Source of the DNA: Kiloniellales bacterium
GTDB lineage: Bacteria; Pseudomonadota; Alphaproteobacteria; Kiloniellales; JAKSBE01
NCBI GenBank assembly: GCA_030066685.1
Contig: JASJBF010000002.1
Coordinates: 225,847-289,846 of the forward strand
Direction of reading: 5' to 3'
DNA: 64,000 bases
Shown: positions 9,556-19,223 of the stretch, piece by piece
How the letters are laid out: each line of letters opens with the position of its first letter
How positions within the stretch are numbered: the first letter of the stretch is position 1
Made by a program: the position numbers and the translations under genes
Notes under the pieces: generated by a model
Database searches by the model: none
What the model saw: only the letters and a program-made list of their open reading frames with translations
Told to the model about the DNA's origin: nothing

Positions 9556-10680
9556 TCAGTCTTTGGTTGTTGGCGACAGCCGGGTCACGTGGCCCATCTT
9601 GCGCCCGGGCCGGGCCTCGGTCTTGCCGTAGAGGTGCAGCTTCTGGTTCCGGTCGCTCAACTGCGCGCGCCAGGCTTGCGCCTCGTCGCCCAGCAGGTTG
9701 CGCATCACGGCGTCCGAGTGGTGTTCGCTCGACCCCAGCGGCAGGCCCATCACCGCCCGGACGACCTGCTCGAACTGCGAGGTGACGCAGGCGTCCAGGG
9801 TCCAGTGGCCGGAATTGTGCGGCCGCGGGGCCAGCTCGTTGACCAGGACCTCGCCGTCCTCGGTGACGAACATCTCCACGGCGAGCAGGCCGACCAGGTC
9901 GAGCGCCTCGGCGAGTCGCCGGGCGGTCGCCTCGGCCCGCTCGGCGACCAGGGCGTTGGTCCGCGCCGGCGCGATGGTGGTGCGCAGGATGTGGCTTTCG
10001 TGCTGGTTCTCGACCGGCGGGTAGTCGGCCATCTCGCCGTCCAGCCCGCGGGCGACGATTACCGAGACCTCCAGCTTGAAGTCGACGAAGGCCTCCAGGA
10101 TGCCCTGCGCCTCCGGATTGCCGCCGGCCATCTGGGCCCAGGCCGCGGCCGGATCGCTCTCCGCCTCCAGGCGCACCTGGCCCTTGCCGTCGTAGCCCAG
10201 CCTGGTGGTCTTGAGCACCGCCGGGGTGCCGAAGTCGCGCAGGTGGCGGGCCAGCGCCTCGGGGCCGTCGATGGCGGCGTAGCGGGCCGTCGCAATCCCC
10301 TGGTTGCCGCAGAAGTCCTTTTCGCGCAGCCGGTCCTGGCAGATCGCAAGGACCTCGGCGCCGGGCCGCACGGCGACCGAACGGGCCAGGATCTCAACGG
10401 TCCGCAGCGGAATGTTCTCGAATTCGAAGGTGACCACGTCGACCGCCTTTGCGAAGGCGGCCAGCGCCGCCTCGTCGTCGTAGGCGGCCCGGGTGAACAG
10501 CGGGGTCACCTGGCTGGCCGGGCAGTCCGCCTCGGGGCAGTAGATGTGGCTGCGATAGCCCAGGGCCGCCGCCGCCAGGGCGGTCATGCGGCCGAGCTGG
10601 CCGCCGCCCAGGATGCCCAGGGTCGCGCCGGGGGCCAGAGGGGCGGGCGCAGGCTCGGTCATGCTCGGGTCCTCAGGCAT
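9556..10680 (-). CDS. purK: N5-carboxyaminoimidazole ribonucleotide synthase
   Basis: ATP-grasp protein; [29 protein letters not shown] match PurK. Overlaps purE by 8 nt. Confidence 0.92.
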   Translation of the reverse strand: MPEDPSMTEPAPAPLAPGATLGILGGGQLGRMTALAAAALGYRSHIYCPEADCPASQVTPLFTRAAYDDEAALAAFAKAVDVVTFEFENIPLRTVEILARSVAVRPGAEVLAICQDRLREKDFCGNQGIATARYAAIDGPEALARHLRDFGTPAVLKTTRLGYDGKGQVRLEAESDPAAAWAQMAGGNPEAQGILEAFVDFKLEVSVIVARGLDGEMADYPPVENQHESHILRTTIAPARTNALVAERAEATARRLAEALDLVGLLAVEMFVTEDGEVLVNELAPRPHNSGHWTLDACVTSQFEQVVRAVMGLPLGSSEHHSDAVMRNLLGDEAQAWRAQLSDRNQKLHLYGKTEARPGRKMGHVTRLSPTTKD

Positions 10681-11170
10681 CGTCGGAAGGGGCCTCGGCG
10701 ACGCCCGCGCTCTGCCGGGAGCGCCAGTCGTCGAGCGCCTCGGCCACCGCGGGGTCCGAGAGCGCGATCACGGCCGCGGCCAGCAGCGCGGCGTTGATCG
10801 CCCCGGCCTTGCCGATCGCCAGGGTGCCGACCGGAATGCCGCCCGGCATCTGGACGATGGACAGCAGGCTGTCCATACCCTTCAGCGCCTGACTCTCGAC
10901 CGGGACTCCGAAGACCGGCAGCGGCGTGAGGGAGGCCACCATGCCCGGCAGGTGGGCGGCGCCGCCGGCGCCGGCGATGATGACCTTGAGCCCGCGGTCG
11001 CGGGCCGTGGTCGCATAGTCGACCATCCGTTTGGGCGTCCGGTGGGCGGAGACGATCCGGATCTCCCGGGCCACGCCCAGGGCGTCGAGGGTCTCCGCCG
11101 CATGACGCAGCGTCGCCCAGTCCGACTGGCTGCCCATGATGATCCCAACCGCCGCTTGGCCGTTCGACAT
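10673..11170 (-). CDS. purE: N5-CAIR mutase
   Basis: [44 protein letters not shown] aligns closely with E. coli PurE. Start chosen at MSNGQ. Confidence 0.92.
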   Translation of the reverse strand: MSNGQAAVGIIMGSQSDWATLRHAAETLDALGVAREIRIVSAHRTPKRMVDYATTARDRGLKVIIAGAGGAAHLPGMVASLTPLPVFGVPVESQALKGMDSLLSIVQMPGGIPVGTLAIGKAGAINAALLAAAVIALSDPAVAEALDDWRSRQSAGVAEAPSDDA

Positions 11171-11357
11171 CCACCCCTCGCATCCTGTCTGCCCCGCCAT
11201 CCGGCAGCGCCGGGCGCATTATTGGGAATTGCCGGGAGGGTGGCAAGCGGGCCGGCGGCCACCCGTGGGGAGGGTGCATTGCCGGGCCGTTTATCGTTTG
11301 CCAAGCCGCAGCGGCCCGCCCATAGTCTGGCCCGGAACGACCTGAATCTGGTGGATT

Positions 11358-12089
11358 ATGCGGGTTCGCGATAGCTCGTCTTCCCGAGGCCTGTCCGGCG
11401 TATCGGCCGGCAGGGAGCGTGCGGCCAAAGTGGCCGCCGAGGGCCTGGAGGCGCCCTCTGCGCCCCGGGACACCGCGACCCTGGCCGGAATCCCTGAGTC
11501 CGAGCTGACGCCCAAGGTGCGCACGGCCATCGACCGCCTGCTGTCGGACGTGGCGCACCTGCGCGAGGAGCTCGAGCTCGCCAAGCGGCGGATCCAGCAC
11601 CTCGAGGATCTGGCCGACCAGGACGTCCTGGTCCCGGTCGCGAACCGGCGCGCCTTCGTGCGTGAGCTTAGCCGCCTGATGGCCTTCGCCGAGCGCTACG
11701 GCACCCAGGGCAGCGTGCTTTACTTCGACGTCAACGGCATGAAGGAGATCAACGACAACCTCGGCCACAGCGCCGGCGACGCCGCGTTGCGCCACGTCGC
11801 CGAGGTCCTGCTCGGCAACGTCAGGGCCTCGGACATGGTCGGCCGGCTGGGCGGCGACGAGTTCGGCGTGATCCTGTCCCAGTCCGATCAGGAGGCGGCC
11901 AGGGCCAAGGCCGAGCGCCTGGCCCAGGCAATCCTCGCCCGGCCGCTCGAATGGGAGGGCCGGCGGCTGGACATCGAGATTTCCTTCGGCAGCTACAGCT
12001 TCGCGGGCGGCGAGAGCGTCGACGATGCCCTGGCCGCCGCCGATCACGCGATGTACCGGCACAAGAAGACCCGTGGCGGTGAGGACTGA
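11358..12089 (+). CDS. diguanylate cyclase (GGDEF domain) with an N-terminal coiled coil
   Basis: Active-site RLGGDEFGVIL plus YFDVNGMKEINDNLGHSAGD. Confidence 0.85.
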   Translation: MRVRDSSSSRGLSGVSAGRERAAKVAAEGLEAPSAPRDTATLAGIPESELTPKVRTAIDRLLSDVAHLREELELAKRRIQHLEDLADQDVLVPVANRRAFVRELSRLMAFAERYGTQGSVLYFDVNGMKEINDNLGHSAGDAALRHVAEVLLGNVRASDMVGRLGGDEFGVILSQSDQEAARAKAERLAQAILARPLEWEGRRLDIEISFGSYSFAGGESVDDALAAADHAMYRHKKTRGGED

Positions 12090-12123
12090 CCGCCGTCCTC
12101 GCACCGCCGGCGGTGACGCCGCC

Positions 12124-12330
12124 TCAGGCGATGATGTCGGGCAGAAGCCGGCTCTCCAACTGCAGGATCTGGTCCTTGAGCAGGAGCTTCCGCTTCTTCA
12201 GACGCTTGACCTGTATCTGGTCGAAAGGCGCCTGTTCCGAGATCCTGGCGATGACGTCGTCGAGGTCGCGGTGCTCACTCTTGAGCTGGCTCAGCCTCTC
12301 TCTGATCAACTCGATCTCGCGCTCTTCCAT
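12124..12330 (-). CDS. DUF465 (YdcH-like) small protein
   Basis: A 68 aa protein, MEEREIELIRERLSQLKSEHRDLDDVIA..DQIQVKRLKKRKLLLKDQI, matching the DUF465 pattern. A second copy lies at 15068. Confidence 0.65.
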   Translation of the reverse strand: MEEREIELIRERLSQLKSEHRDLDDVIARISEQAPFDQIQVKRLKKRKLLLKDQILQLESRLLPDIIA

Positions 12331-12487
12331 GCTAGCCGTGTACCAAAACACCCCCCTGGGCGGCACGGCCGACCGGGACTCCAAGTCTAGCCTTTTCCGG
12401 CGCCCGAGGGGAGTCCTCGGGTGGCGGTTGAACCGGCCGCGGCTTTGCCCGAGACTGCCTGCCGCACAGCAAGGTTAAGGGTGAGGT

Positions 12488-13573
12488 ATGGCAGCGGTGA
12501 AGCGGATCGGGCTCCTGACCAGCGGCGGCGATTGCGCCGGGCTCAACGCGGTGATCCGGGCGGTGGTCGAGCGCGCGGTGCAGGGCTACGGCTGGGAGGT
12601 GGTCGGCATCCACAACGGCACCGACGGCCTGCTGACCCGCCCGGTCGCCGCCGAGACGCTGGAGCTCTCGCGCTTCACCGGCGAGATCCTCCGCCGGGCC
12701 GGAACGATGCTCGGCACCACGAACAAGGGGGACCCTTTCGACTATGAGCAACCCGACGGCAGCCGGATCGATCTCAGCGACAGCATCCTCGAAGGCCTGG
12801 GGCAGCTCCGGCTCGACGCGCTGATCGGCATCGGCGGGGACGGCAGCCTGAGCATCCTGCGCCGTCTGGCCATCAAGGGCGGCATCAACCTGGTCGGAAT
12901 TCCCAAGACCATCGACAACGATGTCGGAGCGACGGAGATCTCGATCGGCCACTGGAGCGCGGTGCACGTCGCGACCGAGGCGCTGGACCACCTGCAGCCG
13001 ACCGCGGCCAGCCATTCCCGGGTCATGGTGCTCGAGGTCATGGGACGCGATGCCGGCCACATCGCCTTGACCGCGGGCATTGCCGGCGGCGCCGACGTGA
13101 TCCTGATCCCCGAACTGCCCTACCGGGTCGAGCGGATCGCCAACAAGATCGAGGAGCTCAAGGCCCAGGGCCGCAACTTTGCCCTGGTCGTGGTCGCCGA
13201 GGCGGTCAAGACTGAGGAGGGCACGGCGGTCCGCACCCAGCAGGCCGGCGGCAAGCAGACCTACGGCGGCATCGGCCACTACATCGGCCAGCGCATCGGC
13301 GAGGCGACCGGCGCCGAGACCCGGGTCACCGTCCTGGGCCACCTGCAGCGCGGCGGCCCGCCGACGGCGCGCGACCGCCTGATGGCCTCGGTCTTCGGGG
13401 TTCACGCCGTGGACCTGATCGCCGCGGGCCGCTTCGACCGCATGGTGGCCTGGCGGAACCGCGAGGCGATCGACGTCCCCCTGGAGGAGGCGGTGGCCCA
13501 TTATGCGGCTGTGGAGCCGGCAGGCGCGCTGGTCCAGACCGCGCGCGGCCTGGGGATCTCCTTGGGGGACTAG
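12488..13573 (+). CDS. pfkA: 6-phosphofructokinase
   Basis: Phosphofructokinase family motifs GLLTSGGDCAGLNA, IGIGGDGS, IPKTIDND and MGRDAGH. Confidence 0.9.
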   Translation: MAAVKRIGLLTSGGDCAGLNAVIRAVVERAVQGYGWEVVGIHNGTDGLLTRPVAAETLELSRFTGEILRRAGTMLGTTNKGDPFDYEQPDGSRIDLSDSILEGLGQLRLDALIGIGGDGSLSILRRLAIKGGINLVGIPKTIDNDVGATEISIGHWSAVHVATEALDHLQPTAASHSRVMVLEVMGRDAGHIALTAGIAGGADVILIPELPYRVERIANKIEELKAQGRNFALVVVAEAVKTEEGTAVRTQQAGGKQTYGGIGHYIGQRIGEATGAETRVTVLGHLQRGGPPTARDRLMASVFGVHAVDLIAAGRFDRMVAWRNREAIDVPLEEAVAHYAAVEPAGALVQTARGLGISLGD

Positions 13574-13577
13574 AGAG

Positions 13578-14111
13578 ATGGACGCGGCGCCGGCCAACCC
13601 CTTTTGGGACTTCTCGCTGGAGGTCTACCAGCGCCGCAACGTCGCCGGGCCCTGCATGGCGCTGCAGGACCGCCTGCAGCTCGACGTCAACCTGCTGCTG
13701 TTCTGCTGCTGGACCGGCGCCAAGGGCCACCAGCTGAGCGAGCAGCAGGTCAGGGAGGCGCTGGCGGCGACGGAAGTCTGGCAGGGCCAGGTGGTGGCGC
13801 CTCTGCGCCGCCTGCGCCGGCTTCTCAAGACCAGCCTGGACATGGCCCCGGCCCGGCGCCAGGCCTTCCGCGACAAGCTGAAGGACCTGGAGCTGGATGC
13901 CGAGCGGGTCGAGCAGGACATCCTGATCGAGACCGTGCCCCTGTCCCCCGGCGAGACCCGCGGCGCCGAGGTCGCCGCGCTCAACCTCTCCACCTATCTG
14001 CTGGTCAAGGGTGCCGACCTCGGCGACGCCGACCTGGCCGAACTCGGCAAGCTGCTCGACGCGGTCTTTCCGGAAGAGGCGGAGGGCAACCAGGAGCCAA
14101 AGCTGCTGTAA
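13578..14111 (+). CDS. DUF2390/TIGR02444-family conserved hypothetical
   Basis: ATG 13578. N-terminus MDAAPANPFWDFSLEVYQRRNV..LLLFCCW resembles TIGR02444 members. Confidence 0.55.
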   Translation: MDAAPANPFWDFSLEVYQRRNVAGPCMALQDRLQLDVNLLLFCCWTGAKGHQLSEQQVREALAATEVWQGQVVAPLRRLRRLLKTSLDMAPARRQAFRDKLKDLELDAERVEQDILIETVPLSPGETRGAEVAALNLSTYLLVKGADLGDADLAELGKLLDAVFPEEAEGNQEPKLL

Positions 14112-14336
14112 GACGCCTTTGGCAGAGGTCGGCAGGGCGGTTCGACCCGGCCCACAACCTCTCCTTCACCGACTCGGCGATGCGCAGTCCTAGCGTCGTC
14201 TTTATCTCAAAGTAGAAGAGTTTCCTGAGCTTAAGGGTGCGGCAATGCCGGAAGTGCAGGATCGAGGCGCGCGCGCTCAGCGGTCGGGAGGTCAGATTGT
14301 CAGAAAGGCGTCATTCCCCGGATGAAGGCTGAGGCC

Positions 14337-14957
14337 TCACCCCCGCTTGCCGCGCTTGAGGGCGCGGATCGGACGGGCGCCGTCGGCCTCGGGCTCGCCC
14401 CAGCGGCGGACCTTGCCGCTGTCCAGCCCGAATTGGTCCAGGACCCGCCCGACCGACTGGTCGACGATGTCCTCGATCCGCTCCGGGTTGGTGTAGAAGG
14501 CGGGCACCGGCGGGGCGATCACCGCGCCCATCTCGGACAGCGCCAGCAGGTTGCGCAGGTGGCCGCTGTGCAGTGGCGTCTCGCGCACCATCAGGACCAG
14601 CGGGCGCCGCTCCTTCAGGACCACGTCGGCGGCGCGGGTGAGCAGGGTGGTGGTGACCCCGGTCGCGATCTCGGCCATGCATTTCACGGAGCAGGGCGCG
14701 ATCACCATGCCGAGGGTCCGGAAGGAGCCGCTGGCGATGGCCGCGCCGATGTCGGCGACCGGGTGGCAGACGTCGGCCAGGGCCTGGACATCGGCCAGCT
14801 TGCGGTCGGTCTCGTAGGCCAGGGTCAGCTCCGCCGCCTTGCTGATCACCAGGTGGCTCTCGACCGGCAGGTCCCGCAGGGTCTCCAGCATGCGCAGGCC
14901 GTAGATCACGCCGGAGGCGCCGCTGAGGCCGACGATAAGGCGCTGGGATCCGCTCAT
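14337..14957 (-). CDS. ubiX: flavin prenyltransferase UbiX
   Basis: MSGSQRLIVGLSGASGVIYGLR..MVIAPCSVKCMAEIATG.. is typical of UbiX/Pad1 flavoproteins. The N-terminal extension in the ORF track was rejected. Confidence 0.88.
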   Translation of the reverse strand: MSGSQRLIVGLSGASGVIYGLRMLETLRDLPVESHLVISKAAELTLAYETDRKLADVQALADVCHPVADIGAAIASGSFRTLGMVIAPCSVKCMAEIATGVTTTLLTRAADVVLKERRPLVLMVRETPLHSGHLRNLLALSEMGAVIAPPVPAFYTNPERIEDIVDQSVGRVLDQFGLDSGKVRRWGEPEADGARPIRALKRGKRG

Positions 14958-15067
14958 GACACTGCCTGCCGCTCCGCCCCGTCGGGGTGCGCCATCGCTT
15001 GGCAAAGACGCTTTTCTGGGATTACCATGAAGCTTTCGTGAAACCTTGCAAAGGGAGTTGTGACCGG

Positions 15068-15238
15068 ATGTCCATGGACGATCACGTCCGCGCCCTGCGC
15101 GCAAAGCATGCCGCCCTCGAGCAGGAGATCGACGAGGAGAATCAAAGACCTCATCCCGACGACCTGCATCTCGCCGAACTTAAGCGCGAGAAGCTGCGGA
15201 TCAAGGACGAAATCGCCAAGTTCGGCACTCCCGCCTGA
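15068..15238 (+). CDS. DUF465 (YdcH-like) small protein, second paralog
   Basis: MSMDDHVRALRAKHAALEQEIDEENQRPHPDDLHLAELKREKLRIKDEI follows the same pattern as the 12124..12330 protein. Confidence 0.6.
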   Translation: MSMDDHVRALRAKHAALEQEIDEENQRPHPDDLHLAELKREKLRIKDEIAKFGTPA

Positions 15239-15278
15239 CGGCCTAGGCCGTCAGCCCCCGGCCTGACAGACGAGCCGC

Positions 15279-16169
15279 CTAGCGCAGCGGCGGGCGGCGC
15301 CGCCTCTCTGTACGCTCGCTCCAGCACAGGACCTTGGCCACGCTGAGCTTCTCGCGCAGGTGGTCGCCGTAGCCGGCGTAGTTGGAGGGCGCGACCTTGA
15401 CCTCGCCCGGGACCACGGGGGTGACCTCGGAGGCCGTGACCTCGGCCCGGTCCATGACCTCGGACAGGGAGCGGGGCGCCGCCGAGGTGACCCGGCCGCG
15501 CCGCGGCGAGGCGGCGATGGCGACCCCGACCACCGCGCCCTCCGCGGTCACGACCGGACCGCCCGAGAGCCCGCCCAGAGGCAGGTCGTTGCGCGGCGCC
15601 CGGTCGATCTCGGCCCAGAGGAGGCCGGGCTCGACCGAGCGCCGGCTGCGCACCTTGACCCGGCCCATGAGCTCACCGTAGACGTCGCCGGGCTCGCCCC
15701 TCGGGTAGCCCAAGTGGAAACCGTCCTGACCCTTGTAGAGTGGCCCCGCGGTCAGCGGCAGGGCCGGCGCGTTCATCCCGGTCTCGAGCAGCGCGACGTC
15801 GGCCCGGGGATGGGACACGATCTTCCGCACCCGGACCGCCTCCCGCGGCCCGGTCTGCAGCGCCACCTTGCCGCAGCCCCTGACCACGTGGCGGGCGGTC
15901 AGCCAGTGGCCCTGGCCGTCGATGGCGAAGGCGGTGCCGGAGCAGGATTCGGCGCAGGGGTCGGAATCGCTCAGCTTCAGGACCGGATCGCGGCGCGAGG
16001 GGCCGGGCAGGGGCTCTGCGCTCGGCCGCTCCGGCCGCCGCTCGGCCTCGGCAACCGCCGGCGGCGGGCCCGCCGGGGCCGGACGGCGCGGTCCGCTCTG
16101 CTCGGCGAAGCGAAGGAAGAGCGCGACCACGCCGAGACAGGTCACCAGGAGGACGAGGCGGCGGGCCAT
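15279..16169 (-). CDS. secreted trypsin-like (S1/S1C) serine peptidase
   Basis: N-terminal transmembrane/signal segment, then the catalytic triad context TARHVV (His), DVALLE (Asp) and GLSGGPV (Ser). Confidence 0.75.
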   Translation of the reverse strand: MARRLVLLVTCLGVVALFLRFAEQSGPRRPAPAGPPPAVAEAERRPERPSAEPLPGPSRRDPVLKLSDSDPCAESCSGTAFAIDGQGHWLTARHVVRGCGKVALQTGPREAVRVRKIVSHPRADVALLETGMNAPALPLTAGPLYKGQDGFHLGYPRGEPGDVYGELMGRVKVRSRRSVEPGLLWAEIDRAPRNDLPLGGLSGGPVVTAEGAVVGVAIAASPRRGRVTSAAPRSLSEVMDRAEVTASEVTPVVPGEVKVAPSNYAGYGDHLREKLSVAKVLCWSERTERRRRPPLR

Positions 16170-16178
16170 GGCCCGGGC

Positions 16179-16592
16179 TCAGCCCGAGACCGCCGCGGCG
16201 TTGATGCCGGCGACCGCCAGCTTGACCGCGACCAGGACCAGGGCGGGGCCGATCTCCCCGGCCTCGATGCGGGCCGGCAGGTCCCGCAGGATCAGGTCGG
16301 CGGCCTTGAAGGCGACCAGCTGGATCACCAGGGTCAGGGCGCCCCAGATCAAGATGTCCCACTCGCTGACGCTGTTGGCCATGCAGACCGCCAGGGGAAA
16401 GCCGATGCCTAGGATCGCGCCGGAGAGGGAGACCGCCGCCGCGACGTTGCCCTCGCGGATCAGCCGGAATTCCCGGTGCGGCGTGATCCAGACGTAGACC
16501 ACCACCCCGACGGCGAGCATCGCGGTGGTGATCGCGAAATGGGAAAGGAGGGTGGGAAACCCGGTGAAGAAGCTCTCGAGCACCGCGTCCAT
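16179..16592 (-). CDS. DUF350 membrane protein
   Basis: A 137 aa protein with four predicted transmembrane helices, starting MDAVLESFFTGFPTLLSHFAITTAMLAV. The long N-terminal extension of the ORF 16179..17678 was rejected. Confidence 0.6.
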   Translation of the reverse strand: MDAVLESFFTGFPTLLSHFAITTAMLAVGVVVYVWITPHREFRLIREGNVAAAVSLSGAILGIGFPLAVCMANSVSEWDILIWGALTLVIQLVAFKAADLILRDLPARIEAGEIGPALVLVAVKLAVAGINAAAVSG

Positions 16593-16663
16593 TGCGCCGC
16601 CTGCCTGCCTGGTTGCAACCGCGCCCAGGACGTAGCGCAGGCGGCGCCCGGGGTAAACAGCGC

Positions 16664-17761
16664 TCACGCCGCCGCGGCCGCCGCCTCGACACGCCCGAGG
16701 CGCTTCAGGAAGCGCAGGTGCGAACGGATCATCCCGAAGAAGCTGGTCTCCCGGATGACCAGGCCGTGCTTGCGCGCCGTCGCCCGGATGATCGGTGCCA
16801 GGTCCCGGTAGTGGACGTGGCTCACCTTCGGGAAGAGGTGGTGGGCGACGTGGCAATTTACGCCGCCGGCCAGAACAGCGGCGAGCCGGCTCTGCGGCGA
16901 CCAGTCGAGGGCCGTGGCGATGGCGTGCTCGGCCCAGTCGCCGGCCAGGCGGCCGTCCGCGGCGACCTTGGGAAAGTGGGTCTCCTCGGCGAAGTGGGTG
17001 CCGATCAGCAGGACCACGAAGGTCAGCGAGGCGATCCCGGTCATGACCAGGTAGCCGATGACGATCTGCCACCAGGGCAGCTCGATCAGCAGCAGCGGCA
17101 GGCCCAGGGTGAGAGTGAAGTAGATCGACTTGGCGGCGAAAAACTTCAGGGCTTCCGCGCGGGTCGGGCTGAGGCCGACCATGTTGGCCAGGCGGTCCTT
17201 GGTCAGGTAGACGAAGTCCTGCACGAAGATCGAGTGCAGGTTGACCAGGAGGTAGAGCAGGGGCGCATAGAGGTGCTGCAGGCCGTGGAACCAGCGCCGG
17301 GGATGGTTCGGGGTCAGGCGGATCAGGCCGTTGTGGTCGATGTCGGCGTCGCAGCCCTCGACGTTGGGGAAGACGTGGTGGGACTTCACGTGGCGCAGCC
17401 GCCAGAGCCGGCCGTCGACCCCGATCAGGCAGAAGATCGCGAACTGGATCGCCCGGTTCAGCCGCGGATGGGGCGTGAGCGCGTCGTGGGCCGCGTCGTG
17501 GGCGACGTTGATCCCGAGCAACAGGCCGGAGAGCCCGAAGACGACGGCCAGCGCGAGCAGCGCCAAGGGCGGCAACGGCAGGGTCAGGAGGGCGCCGTAG
17601 GCGGCCGCCCCGACGCCGGCGATGATGGCGGCCTTGGCCCAGAGCCGCCGGTCGGCGTAGGGCGAGGTGCCGGTCCACTGAAAGTAGGTCTGCACCTGCT
17701 GCCGGACCTCGCGAAAGAAGGCGGTTCCGCTGCCGCCCGCGAACTTGATCCTCATCGTCAT
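16664..17761 (-). CDS. membrane fatty-acid desaturase
   Basis: Histidine boxes HDAAH, HVKSHH and HVAHH plus multiple transmembrane helices. Start at MTMRIKFAGGSGTAFFREVRQQVQTYF, a typical desaturase N-terminus. Confidence 0.85.
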   Translation of the reverse strand: MTMRIKFAGGSGTAFFREVRQQVQTYFQWTGTSPYADRRLWAKAAIIAGVGAAAYGALLTLPLPPLALLALAVVFGLSGLLLGINVAHDAAHDALTPHPRLNRAIQFAIFCLIGVDGRLWRLRHVKSHHVFPNVEGCDADIDHNGLIRLTPNHPRRWFHGLQHLYAPLLYLLVNLHSIFVQDFVYLTKDRLANMVGLSPTRAEALKFFAAKSIYFTLTLGLPLLLIELPWWQIVIGYLVMTGIASLTFVVLLIGTHFAEETHFPKVAADGRLAGDWAEHAIATALDWSPQSRLAAVLAGGVNCHVAHHLFPKVSHVHYRDLAPIIRATARKHGLVIRETSFFGMIRSHLRFLKRLGRVEAAAAAA

Positions 17762-17866
17762 GGTATGATCCCCATGCTTTAAGGCACTGATCCAGATTGT
17801 AAGTGAATACTCACTTACAATCTGAGAAATGGACCCGTGGCAGGAGTTCTTCAAGCCCTTTCTTGG
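17706..17866. repeat. roughly 160 bp segment (desaturase promoter-operator and first about 25 codons), copy 1 of 2
   Basis: About 85% identical by eye to 19170..19330. Includes the palindrome TTGTAAGTGAATACTCACTTACAA. Confidence 0.8.
17797..17820. promoter_or_regulatory. 24-nt palindromic candidate operator (10-bp arms, 4-nt spacer) in the desaturase 5' leader
   Basis: TTGTAAGTGA-ATAC-TCACTTACAA is a perfect inverted repeat 36 nt upstream of the desaturase ATG. Confidence 0.5.
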
Positions 17867-18062
17867 CGTCTAGGAGACGATACTCAGGGCGGCTTGGCGC
17901 CCCTGGTAAACAAGGCTCATGCCGATGCAACTGCGGCTTCGGCCTCGCGACGCGAACGTAAGCCGGGCGCGGCCAGAGTTGCAGCGCGCCCGGTGGGTAC
18001 AGTTCAAGAAATCGCGCTCCAGCCTCATTGATTTTGAGCGAGAGTTCAGCGGAACTCGTCGA

Positions 18063-19223
18063 TTAGTCCAAGAGCGCTCGGGCCACGAGTCTGACGGTTT
18101 GAATGTGATACAGCTCTTTAGAGGCCGGCAGATACATGAGCCAGCGCCTGAGCCCGATACTCTTGAGCGGTCCCTCGAAAACCCTGCCGTTTATCTCGAA
18201 GCGGTAGCTCGAAGGACCGGGGTAAAAGCTTTCGGCTGGCACGAGAACAGTGTAGCCTTGGAGGGTCTCTTCCTTCGAAAAGACCGCTCCCGCTACTTCG
18301 TCGACTGGCATCGTGCCATAGGTTCGGTAAAGACCTCCGCAGAGCTCGTGAACCTCTTCGGCGATGACTCGGCAGCCGTAATACGGCGTACTGCGGCCAC
18401 GAACAACGCAGTGATTGATGCCCGAACACAGCAGGCCTTCCAGCGCCCGTCGCCTGTCCTCCTCGCCGTAAAGGTCCGAGTCCCAGACAATCAACGTCGG
18501 GGCCCGGTACTCTGCGAGGCTCTCCCTGGCCCCATCGATCTGACCCCAGAGCCGCTCGTCCGCGCTCGTCACCACGTAGCCGCGGAACACCTTCGGCTCT
18601 TGCTCGAGTAGCCAGGGCACTTCTGCGAGAAGGGAGGATTGGGACTCGAACTCCCCTGGTCTTGACCAGATCCAGTCGCCGGTGCCGAGACGCTTCGCTT
18701 CAAACCCTTTGAACCTGACCCGGGCATCTTTCTGGGCGTAGTAAGTGTCGGAGAAGTAGACTTCGGCCCGGGACGGCCGGTCGGGGTCATCGACCCAATA
18801 GACGAGAGGATAGTAACCCTCGGGGAAAGTGTCGTCCAAGCCACCTTGCCACCTCGAGCAGGCCGTCAGCGGTGACATCAGCAGGACGCCGCCCGTGGCC
18901 AGCTTCGCGGCAAAGGCTCGATTTCTGACGTTGAACAGATTGCCTGGCCCCGATCCGAAATTGTAGGGGAAGAAATCCGGCCCCTTCCGCACGCACTCGA
19001 CGACGCCGCCCAGAGACACGGCCTCGCCCTCGACCTCGAAGTCGGCACGAACGGAGTACCAGTGATAGGCCGGAGTGCCTCTTGCGCCGATACAGGCAGA
19101 GGTCAGAAGCAAGACCGAAAGGACAAGGATCGGAGACCGCAATCGGACCGTCCCGACCTTCGCCCTCACCTCGCGGAAGAAGGCGCTTCCGCTGCCGCCC
19201 GCGAACTTGATCCTGGTCGTCAT
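18063..19223 (-). CDS. chimeric hypothetical lipoprotein: desaturase-like 25 aa N-terminus fused to an unrelated secreted domain
   Basis: Begins MTTRIKFAGGSGSAFFREVRAKV (duplicated desaturase 5' end), then lipobox LLLTSAC and a roughly 330 aa domain of unknown function with lower GC. The plus-strand ORF 17919..18611 was judged spurious. Confidence 0.5.
   Translation of the reverse strand: MTTRIKFAGGSGSAFFREVRAKVGTVRLRSPILVLSVLLLTSACIGARGTPAYHWYSVRADFEVEGEAVSLGGVVECVRKGPDFFPYNFGSGPGNLFNVRNRAFAAKLATGGVLLMSPLTACSRWQGGLDDTFPEGYYPLVYWVDDPDRPSRAEVYFSDTYYAQKDARVRFKGFEAKRLGTGDWIWSRPGEFESQSSLLAEVPWLLEQEPKVFRGYVVTSADERLWGQIDGARESLAEYRAPTLIVWDSDLYGEEDRRRALEGLLCSGINHCVVRGRSTPYYGCRVIAEEVHELCGGLYRTYGTMPVDEVAGAVFSKEETLQGYTVLVPAESFYPGPSSYRFEINGRVFEGPLKSIGLRRWLMYLPASKELYHIQTVRLVARALLD

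Noticed and set aside
17919-18611. A 230 aa plus-strand ORF overlapping the chimeric lipoprotein gene.
   Set aside because: The minus-strand frame carries the duplicated, conserved desaturase N-terminus and a lipobox. The plus-strand ORF has no features and a start inside the other gene.
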